Assembly: GCA_951406725.2 (NCBI GenBank)
Contig: OX597831.1
Span: 46,500,001-46,564,000, forward strand
DNA: 64,000 nucleotides
DNA from: Octopus vulgaris
Lineage: Eukaryota
Direction of reading: 5' to 3'
This document shows, piece after piece, positions 54,133 to 64,000 of the stretch. Made by a program: the position numbers and the translations under genes. Position 1 is the stretch's first letter; each line of letters opens with the position of its first letter. The notes under the pieces were generated by a model. It searched no databases. It had not been told where the DNA came from and worked only from the letters and a program-made list of their open reading frames with translations.

Positions 54133-54688
54133 TGTCAGGTCACTTTCAAGTGCTACTGGTAACATGTAACCCAGTACAACCTGTTGCATGGTCGGGTCGT
54201 CGGCGACTAAACCGGCAACCCTACCAAGCTTGCTTGGTGAGAAAGGTGTTTATTGGACACCCTGCGGGATGAAAAACAAAACCCGTCAAAGGTCGGAGGA
54301 ACTCTTGAGAGTCAACGGCCATCCAATAAATGTCTTAAGGCTGTATCATGCGCGGGGACATAGAAATAATCGGACTGAATACCCGATCGCGCGGTTAAAC
54401 AATTGGGAGTGAAGGACTCCTAGGCTTTGTTAGGGCATCCTTCTAGGAGAAGGTAACTCAGGTAACTGGGATAACTCGGACATAAAACCTACGGCTCAGT
54501 GGTTACTGATGATGTTGACTTGTTCTTCTTTTCGGATTATGGCTGCTGTTGCTTAGTGAGTGGGATTGACTCAGTGCACAGCCTTTCCTCACTTTAAAAA
54601 AAATCTTCTTGCACAGGCATTGCACGATAACAAAATTGATTAAGCTTCGTGCAATGGCCATACTCGATAACGAAGGGGCAGCCACCAT
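54133..54688 (+). mobile_element. Unclassified GC-richer insertion in (TATG)n, possibly derived from an RTE 5'UTR
   Basis: Sharp composition change; (TATG)n on both sides; ctaggagaaggtaactc motif. Confidence 0.4.
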
Positions 54689-55069
54689 GTATGTATGTAT
54701 GTTCTCTTTCTCTTTTTAATCTCGAACAAATTTTGATAGGCCGCCTACTTGCTAGCAATGTTGTGAAGGAGATCGTTTTGTTTTGTTCATCATCCTTTAA
54801 ATCTTAAAAGGGTTTTGCAGATTTTTGTAGTCCCCGATATCGCAGTCATTTATAGCGTATGAATTAAGGATTTGTATTCTCTCTTCTAGAGCCCAAATTT
54901 AGTTATACAGACAGGTTGGTATGTATTGAAGAACGTGCTTTAGGTCTTTTCGTCAAGCCTTCCGTGGTTAACATGGAAATATTTAATGTATTATCAAAAG
55001 AGACATGTTCATGGATAACACACCTGAATTTGGGGAAGATTCTGCTAGCAATGAGCCTTTTAAATTTTA

Positions 55070-55990
55070 GTAAGACCCATGACCTAGATGGAATTTCATA
55101 GAACTCTTAAGAGCAGGAGGCAACACTGTGACCTCTGCAACACATAGGAAGGAACTCTGATTTCACAGAACAAGATTGATGGCGAACTGTGTTTATCCAT
55201 AAAGATAAAAGTACCTAAGTGTGTATGCGATACTTTTCGTGGTAGAATCTATAGGTAAAGTCTTCTCGAGAGTAATGTTAAAACACTGTTCGATGAGTGA
55301 AATCTGAAACGCAATTTGACTTCCGAGTAGGCAGAGGAACAATGGAAATGATTATCTCGGCTTTGCGACTTCAGAAATACGTTGTACACCAATCACCATT
55401 ATAGTGGATATTTGTTTACCTTACTAAAGTCTTTGATACGGTCAAAAGAGAAGCTTTTGACCGCAATATAAACGCCAATGTTGTATTTAATGGAAAACTT
55501 TTAGAAGAGAGTGCCTCGAACAATGGAGTAAAACAGAGTGATATTTATCACCAACATTTTTTTCAATATATTTCACGGCACCGTTATCTGGTGCTTTTCA
55601 AAACTACAATTAAAAATGTTAACATAAGATTTCGAACTTCGGAAATAATATTGAGGAAATTTCAATAGTAAATCAAAGACTTTTTACTTTTGGCTTTAAT
55701 TAGAGAACTTTTGTATGCAGAGGATGCTGACTTTGTAGCACATACAAGAGAGAATATGTAGGTCATAATGGAGAGATTTTCTGCTGCACGCAATATCTTG
55801 GGTTTAACTGTAAGCTGAAAAAGAAAACAAACAAACAAAAAAACAAAACAAAGTTATAGTTATGCCGGCAACTGGCGAACATTAAGTGGATCTTAATATT
55901 TATGTGAAAAATGCAAGATTAGAAGTGGTGGGTGCATTTACATACTTGGAAAGTGTTCTATTTAGAAATCAGATACGGAAATATTTTCGA
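55070..55990 (+). mobile_element. Old decayed RTE LINE RT region
   Basis: SETQFDFRVGRGTMEMI, FVYLTKVFDTVKRE, NGVKQS, IRELLYAEDADFVAHT, FTYLESVL with many stops. Confidence 0.85.
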
Positions 55991-56124
55991 GAGCTTACTG
56001 TGTGTTTATTGAATTGTACTTAGTACGCAATCGAATGCGATTGAGAGTGGACCTTGTATGTGAGATGGAAGATCGCTTAAGCAGTTTTCATATAGGGAGT
56101 TACAATTTAGGAAACGACCTCAGT

Positions 56125-56503
56125 CGTCGGTGTGTGGTAAGAAGCTTGTTTCCCAGTCACGTCGTTACGGGTTTAGTCGCGCTGCATGGCACCTTAAGCC
56201 TCGGGCCGAGCAAAGCCATGTGAGTGGATTTGGTAGACGGAAACCGAAAGAAGCCAGTCGTATGTATATATGTAAGTGAATATCTATGTGTGTATGTCTT
56301 TGTGTGTGTGTTTCTTCCCTACCACCGCTTGACAACCGGTGTTGGTATGTTTACGTCCCAGTAAATTAGCGGTTCGGCCAAAGAGACTGTTAGAATAAGT
56401 ACCAGGCTTAGAAAATAAGCCCCGGGGTGGATTTGTACAGGTAAAATCCTTGAAGGCAGTGCCCCAGCATGGCCGCAGTCAAATGACTGAAGCATGTAAA
56501 AGA
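56125..56503 (+). mobile_element. SINE family B, diverged
   Basis: tgtgtggtaagaagcttg...gagtggatttggtagacggaaac...ccagcatggccgcagtcaaatgactgaa. Confidence 0.85.
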
Positions 56504-56706
56504 TGAAAAAATATAGATACGCGAATGAAACATTCACTGCAGCTTAGTGGAATTGAAACCAGATATTCATATCTGGAAAGAGAAAGTAACAGATAGAAAT
56601 GGATGGAGGCCTATGGTGAAAGAAAAATCTTGCCAGCTTTAAGATTGCCAGAATGCTAGCTCAATGTAACCACCAACACAAATAACAGCATTACTATGCT
56701 ATCATA

Positions 56707-56920
56707 AGGCGGCGAGCTGGCAGAATCGTTAGCACTTTGGGCAAAATGCTTAGCAGCATTTCGTCCGTCTTTACATTCTGAGTTCAAATCCCGCCGAGGT
56801 CGACTTAGCCTTTCATCATTTCGAATTCGATAAATCAAGTACCAGTGAAACATTGGGGTCGTTGTAATCGACTATACCCCTCCCCCAAAATGTCAAGCCT
56901 TGTGCCTATATTAGAAAAGA
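56707..56920 (+). mobile_element. SINE family A
   Basis: ggcggcgagctggcagaatcgttagca head; TSD-like attactatgctat / attattatgctat. Confidence 0.9.
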
Positions 56921-57449
56921 TTATTATGCTATGAGTACCACCAGAATCTCTATCATTAAGTCGCTATTATCACCACTTCCAGCTCTACTATTACGAAATG
57001 AAGACCACCAGAACCGCATTCACTGCCACTGCTACCCCAATTACAAAAGCCCAGCCCAGCCGCTGCCCCAATCCTACCGTAAAACCATACCACCATAAAC
57101 AACCATCAATTCTGCCATTATACCCCACCGTCGTCACTGCAACCAACACTACCATCACCGCCATTATCATCACCACATAAGAATCACCTCCATTACCACC
57201 GCCAATATAGCCATTATCATCGCTTTCAAAAACCGATACTATCACCATCATCACCGCCAAAACCTTCACCCCCTCACGGCCTACCACAGCCATCTCCCGC
57301 CATTTCTAGTACTAGTCCTCACTTAGTCCTCATGTAGGAAATTCTAAAATATGTTATTTTGTAGCGACAATTATTTTTGTTGATGGTATTTCTATAACAT
57401 CAGTTTGAATGATGTTATTTACCATAAATGTCAGCAGATACTTTAGAAG

Positions 57450-57978
57450 GAAGATGAGAGAAAAGGAGGTGAAGTGAGAGGAAGAGGGAGAGAGAGAGAG
57501 AGAGGATGAGAGGGGTAAGTTTCAGAAAGAGAGGGATGAACAATGAGAGATGAATGTGGGGAAATATAAAGAAACGATAAGAGTGGTAGAGAAAGAGAGA
57601 GAGGAGGAGAGAGAGGCACTGAATGAGATATGGATATATGAATAGGAATGTGGAAAGATACATGGACACTGAGAGAAAGAGAGAGAGAAGGAGAGACAGA
57701 GAGAAGGAGAGACAGAGAGAAAGAGAACGAGAGAGAAAGGATATAGAGAGACTCTATGAGAGCTTGAGAAAGAGAGAGAAAGACAGAGACGAAGATAGAA
57801 CAAAAGGAAAAGACAAAGAGAGGGAGGGAGAGAGAGAGAGAATAAGGGAAAACAAAGGCAAAAAGCAAAAGAGAGGAGAGAAGGTGAGAAATTTTGATAA
57901 ATGAAGGATATGGTGAGATATAAAGACAACGAGAGAGAGGGAGAGAGAAATAATATGGAGAGATAGATACAATGAAAG

Positions 57979-58053
<75 letters not shown>

Positions 58054-58192
58054 AAGAGAGAGAAAGAGAGAGCGTTGCAAGAGGGAAATATATAAATCTA
58101 GCGTGGGATATCTATGGATGGAAAACCACAGTGGGACAGACAACAGACTGACAGATTGATAGAAAGACATACGGCTTGACAAAAATTGTATA

Positions 58193-58284
<92 letters not shown>
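57450..58284. repeat. Purine-rich (GA)n tract
   Basis: Direct inspection. Confidence 0.9.
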
Positions 58285-58285
<1 letters not shown>

Positions 58286-58712
58286 ACCATTTTAAAAACT
58301 GCGTGGTTAAATAAACAGAATGCAGAAAGAATTTACTTTTGTTGTTGTTTGTTGTTATTGTTAATTGGCAATGCAGATTGGCTAAATTAAGCCGCCAGAT
58401 CTGAGCAGACAGACCGATCGCTTGTACTCCTTTATTAGTATGGTGCATTATGTATGCCGACAATCGAAATACAGCTCTCAGATGATCGACTCTACCTCGC
58501 TGTTAGAAAGAAGACAAGACTTTCTTTTGTCCGGCTGTTTCTTCTCTATGCCTCTTTGACCGGTCGCCTCAACAACTTCTGCTCTTCACGACTATCTGCT
58601 TACTATATCTGTCAAGAGTCACTGAACTAACTCTCCTCTCCTTGACATACTATCATTGGGAAATTTGAAATTTGATCAAATATCTTTGCTTTGACATACA
58701 GAAAATATATAT

Positions 58713-58944
58713 ATTTCTTTACTACCCACAAGGGGCTAAACGCAGAGGGGATAAATATAGGACATATATAGGTATTAAGTCGATTACATCGACCCCAGTG
58801 CGTAACTGGTACTTAATTTATCGACCCCGAAAGGATGAAAGGCAAAGTCGACCTCGGCGGAATTTGAACTCACAACGTAACGCAGACGAAATACCGCTAA
58901 GCATTTCGCCCGGCGTGCTAACGTTTCAGCCAGCTCGCCGCCTT
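58713..58944 (-). mobile_element. SINE family A flanked by a 131 bp direct repeat
   Basis: Full body; flanks 58582-58712 and 58947-59078 differ by about two substitutions and one indel. Confidence 0.93.
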
Positions 58945-59088
58945 ATCTCTTCACGACTATCTGCTTACTATATCTGTCAAGAGCCACTGAACTAACTCTC
59001 CTCTCCTTGACATACTGTCATTGGGAAATTTTGAAATTTGATCAAATATCTTTGCTTTGACATACAGAAAATATATATGTTTACAATC

Positions 59089-59254
59089 AGGCGCAGGAGT
59101 GGCTGTATGGTAAGTAGCTTGCTTACCAGCCACATTGTTCCGTGTTCATTCCCACTGCGTGGCACCTTGGGCAAGTATCTTCTACTATAGCCTCGGGCCG
59201 ACCAAAGCCTTGTGAGTAGATTTGGTAGACGGAAACTGAAAGAAGCCCATCGTA

Positions 59255-59314
<60 letters not shown>

Positions 59315-59402
59315 CACACATATATACGATGGGCTTCTAATATATAATAATATTAGGGAGTATATCCAAACTTACATGAAAAAATAGATTTCTAATTTAA
59401 TT

Positions 59403-59435
<33 letters not shown>

Positions 59436-59650
59436 GCATGTGTGCGTATATATTTGTGTGTCTGTGTTTGTCCCCCCAACAACGCTTGATAACCGATGCT
59501 GATGTGTTTAATCTCCGTAACTTAGCGGTTCGGCAAAAGAGACCGATATAATAAGTACTAGGCTTCCAAAGAATAAATCCTAGGGTCGATTTGCTCGACT
59601 AAAGGCGTTGCTCCAGCATGGCTGCAGTTAAATGACTGAAACAAGTAAGA
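59089..59650 (+). mobile_element. SINE family B, full length, with expanded and interrupted internal microsatellite
   Basis: aggcgcaggagtggctgtatggtaag...aaatgactgaaacaagtaag. Confidence 0.92.
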
Positions 59651-60196
59651 GAGAAAAGATAAGAGAGAAAAAAGCAATAATAATCTCTGAGCGAGATGTA
59701 AACAGCAGCAGCACGACATCGTGAAGTATATTTGCCACCTAAATGTGGCTAATCCATGTGAGACGATGCTTCTGTTGTTTATAGCCCCAGGAAGAGATTT
59801 CCTCCGGCTGGCTAACGACACACTGTCCGTGTACGATCAGTATTTGCGAAGGGAAATCATCGTTCCCACCTCTAGCTTTACATTATACACACGAATCCAG
59901 GTTTCTGGGTAGTAACCCAACATCAGCGTGTGACAATCACCAGCTAAGGATGAGAACTGATTCCAAACGCAAAATGCTATATGCTTTTACCAGTGACAAA
60001 CCGTCTAAAATTTATAGTCCTGATAGAATAACTACAGAAATCTCATTAGTTCGGCAGATATGTTTTCCTATACTTCGATATTTAGCATGATGCTGGCATT
60101 TATAATGCAATTCGTTTAAAATAGGGTGCATTTGTATGTATGTATGTATGTATGTATGTATGTATGTATGTATGTATGTATGTATGTATGTATGTG

Positions 60197-60465
60197 TGGA
60201 GGCACATGGCCTAGTGGTTAGAGCAGCGGGGATCGCCGGTTCGAATCTCAGACCGGGCAATGTGTGTGTTTATGAGCGAAACACCTAAGCTCCACACGTC
60301 TCCGGCAGAAGGTAATGGCAAACTTCTGCTGACTCTTTCGCCACAACTTTCTCTCACTCTTTCCCCCTGCATCTTGCAGCTCACCTGCGACGGACTGGCG
60401 TCCCGTCCAGGTGGGGAATCTATACGCCAAGGAAACTGGCCAGGTGTGGCTCGAGAAGGAACAAA
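60197..60465 (+). mobile_element. SINE family C variant in (TATG)n
   Basis: tggaggcacatggcctagtggttagagcagcgg; ggttcgaatctc. Confidence 0.88.
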
Positions 60466-60571
60466 CATGTATGTATGTATGTATGTATGTATGTATGTAT
60501 GTATGTATGTATGTATGTATGTATGTATGTATGTATGCGTGCATGTATGTATGTATGTATGTATGTATGTA

Positions 60572-60786
60572 CGAGGGGGTGCTGAAAAGTTCATAGCTTT
60601 AAGGGTGTCGCGAAAGGCCTGGTTGGAGGCCCACTTTCCTAGTTCTTTTGCAGGGCTTAGAAAAACTGAAGGACTGCTGCAAAAATCGTGTTAATCTGAG
60701 AGCGAATATGTTGAAAAAATCGTAATTAACTGATCCTCCTTTATTTTCTTTAATCCAAAGCCAAGAACTTTTTCAGCATTCTTTCA
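60572..60786. mobile_element. Mariner-derived MITE, with an extra right-end copy at 60891-60922
   Basis: TA|cgagggggtgctgaaaagttc ... gaactttttcagcattctttca|TA. Confidence 0.75.
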
Positions 60787-61058
60787 TATGTATGAATGTA
60801 TGTATGTATGTATGTATGTATGTATGTATGTATGTATGTATGTATGTATGTATGTATGTATGTATGCATGCATGCATGTATGAATGTTGTCCAAAGCCAA
60901 GAATTTTTTCAGCACCCTATCATATGCATGAATGTATGTATGTATGCATATATGTATGTATGCATGTATGTATGTTGCATGTATGTATGCATGCATACAT
61001 GTATGTATGCATGTATGTATGTATGTCTGTATGTATGCATGTATGTATGCATGCATAC

Positions 61059-61091
<33 letters not shown>

Positions 61092-62785
61092 TGGATGGAT
61101 GGATGGATGGATGGATGTACGGATGGATGGATGGATGGATGGATGGATGGTTGGATGTACGGAAAAGAAAAAGGAAAATAAGAATGCTTCTAAGAATGCA
61201 GAAAGTTTTTCAAAGACCGTTATATATAAGACGCAATTACACCGATTCCGTTGTGTAACTGGACATTTCCCAGACTGCTTTCTTCTGAAGATGGGCCTTT
61301 GTAACAGGTATTTGTAAAAGGTAAAAAGGTATTTGTAAAATCTTCTTCATTATTACGAATGAATGAATTGAATGCAGCAAATTATGTATAACGTGTATAA
61401 TCTTGTATAATCTCGTGTGGGAGTGATGTATGTATGTAAGCGTGTGTATGCGTATGCCTGTGTTTGTGCAGAGATCTCATGTGGATACATCATCCGAGAA
61501 GTCAAGTTTAAGTATTGACTTAATTATTTCAATAGTGAAAAGAAGAGCATGAAGATGAGGAGGAGGTAGAATGGAACGTAAAATCAGCTGTATGATTTCT
61601 CGTGGAATCAAACTGTGAAATTCATAACTTATTTGGCATACGTTGTTTGAAGTCCAACCATAATTGAATAATAGCCAATGCCAATTATGGAAAAATTCTG
61701 TAGTGTATGTCATCTAGAATCTAACCTCTCTGACCCAGTAAACCACAACCTATCACTCTCTCACTTTCGTCATCTCAAACGCAATAAATGAAATTCTCAA
61801 CATATTTCATTTACCCCCCCCTCTCTCTCGTCTCTCCCTCCCCCTCCCCTCTACCTCAGTTGTCTCTACTAGGAATTCCTTACTGTTAGGTTCACGCAGA
61901 CAAACATAACTTGTTGAGTCACATATCACTCACCAACGATCGCTGTCCTTTAGAACACTGGTGGAAATATACTTGATGCATTTGATATAAACAAAGCTTC
62001 ATAACCTGTCTGCCACGATAATCTTCGAACTGAAACTACGAATCAAAAGTCTACACCCGTCTTTTCTTTCTTCAATCGTAACGCTTCTGACTTCACACAA
62101 TTGCAGCACGTACCGGTTGAAATGCTATTCATATTTGTTTACTCCAATCTCTGTCTCCACTTATATATCTATTAGATTTAACATAATCGTATTAACTACA
62201 TCACTTTCTGTCACTAGTTATTGTCCCTCGCGTGGCACATTACAAGATGAATATTAATTATTCAGATTTTTATCTTTCTGTACTTCCATCTGATGTTTGT
62301 TCTCCATTCAGTTTCATGCTACAATTGTTAGATCTGATCCCGATATACAATCGCCTAACACGTTTGTTCGTATCTGCAGGACTCGTTGACGTCACGTATC
62401 GGACACTTTTGCAGCGCGTTGATGACACTACAATAAAAGTCTTCTTGATTAAACACGAGTTCTCTCATCAGATTAAACGACAACGTTACCTCATTCTGAC
62501 TAACTTATAATGTTTTCTTGGCAGAAATATTAGGGTGGTTTGCCATTGCTTTCCCTAACTGGATAGCCATTGGCACACAAAGAGCTCATCCGACCTTCGA
62601 CAGATCTTGTTTTAATCTTGTTGGGTGGACCAGACACCCTCTTCATAAGAATAAGCAAGCTATCCAAGTGGAGGAACCAGTTTAGTTGCCGACTGCTCAA
62701 CCATGGAACATGGTACCAGTAGCAGCTCTCAGCCTGTGATGAGATCACTGACCAGAAGTCAATCTACTGAACTAGATGCATTATG

Positions 62786-62847
<62 letters not shown>

Positions 62848-62852
<5 letters not shown>

Positions 62853-63234
62853 ATTTAGGGATGGTCATGTTGTCAGTTTAGCCAATAAAAACACACACTA
62901 TATATTTGGTGTTAATTTGCTTCAGCCTTATTTTATTTTTTACATTAATCGTATTACGGCCAGAGTTCTTTCGCCACACTTGTGTGACGAAAGAACTGGT
63001 CCTTCGCTTTCTTCTTTCTTATTTGTGAGTCTTTCCTTACTAACGATCAACCATTTTGTATTTTGTATTCCTATTGTATGACATACAAAGGACCACAGAA
63101 GTGTGACGAAAGAACTCTGGCCGAAATACGATTAATGTAAAAAATAAAATAAAGTTGAAGCAAATTAACACCAAATATATAGTGCGTGTGTTTTTATTGG
63201 CTAAACTAGCAACATGACCATCCCTAAATACAAT
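62848..63234. repeat. Inverted repeat with ~133 bp arms (62848-62979 / 63099-63234), probable inverted pLTR
   Basis: attgtatttagggatggtcatgttg...agttctttcgccacactt versus aagtgtgacgaaagaactc...catgaccatccctaaatacaat; the left arm abuts (TA)n and another (TA)n tract starts ~60 bp after the right arm. Confidence 0.9.
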
Positions 63235-63292
63235 ATCTTTTTCAACACACGATTTCACTTCAAGAATCTTGCAAAACGAATATACAAACGTA

Positions 63293-63360
<68 letters not shown>

Positions 63361-63371
63361 CGCGCGCGCGC

Positions 63372-63456
<85 letters not shown>

Positions 63457-64000
63457 CACACACACATATTTATGACGGAAACGGCATAGAAGCTCCTCAG
63501 ACAGATGGAACCTATAATTGGAAGGTACTTTCTTGTCACACACTGTGATTCTGCCTGAGAATTTATCTTAATATCTGTTCATCGCCGATGCAAAGAGGAA
63601 ATTCAGTTAACTGAAACCGACGGTGATCCGGGAGCGGAATACTTTCTCTTTCTGATTGATTTTCCAGACTTAAATCTTTCTAACTAGTCGCTTGTTTATT
63701 ACCAAAACTGAACAGAGAGAAAGGAGAGACCATCTTGTGCCTTCTAACCATGTTTAAGAAGTCCTTGCCTACATTTATTGGACAAGATATTGTAATTATT
63801 TTTAGTATGTGAATAATATTCTCGTTATTTGAGAACTACGCTTTTTTCTCTCTCCAATAATTCAAGTTCAGCTCTGCTTTGATCTTGCTGTATTTTTATT
63901 CATATCCTGTTATTCCAGTAAAAACAGTCATAGTATTGGAAATGTATTTTGGGTATTGACTAATGTACTCTCGCTCTTCTTCTTCTTCAGTAATATTCAT

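Noticed and set aside
56940-57300. Thr/Pro-rich or Val/Gly-rich ORFs
   Set aside because: Degenerate (CAC/CAT)n low-complexity DNA
57415-58463. SL- and RE-repeat ORFs
   Set aside because: Translations of the (GA)n tract
63100-63140. TGACGA...GAAATACGATTA as a hammerhead
   Set aside because: Stem II and stem I do not pair convincingly and C3 is absent
63574-63638. Hairpin with CCGATGC...GAAACCG
   Set aside because: Core mismatched and no valid stem II or NUH site

Overview
AT-rich, microsatellite-dense animal DNA, intronic or intergenic. It is most likely from an octopod cephalopod, inferred from its abundant tRNA-derived SINE families. No intact host gene is supportable, and nearly all listed ORFs are microsatellite or SINE artefacts. 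The window is a nest of transposon relics: an internally deleted RTE LINE with a ~60 bp TSD, a 5'-truncated Gypsy element with its 3' LTR and PPT, R4/Dong-like RLE retrotransposon pieces beside (TAA)n, several mariner/Tc1 derivatives, Helitrons (one with a RepHel fragment) and more than 25 SINE copies. The most interesting signal is a set of type I hammerhead ribozyme motifs in Penelope-like pLTR relics. Two sit as mirror copies in a ~387 bp spacerless palindrome (4843-5229), one complete-looking variant lies at 31883-31959 (minus), and several are degenerate. Two further long fold-back inverted repeats pivot on hammerhead-like stem III sequence. Other oddities are a 131 bp duplication flanking a SINE and a LINE-5'/SINE-3' chimeric insert. 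All folding and alignment was done by eye, and coordinates of degenerate elements are approximate.
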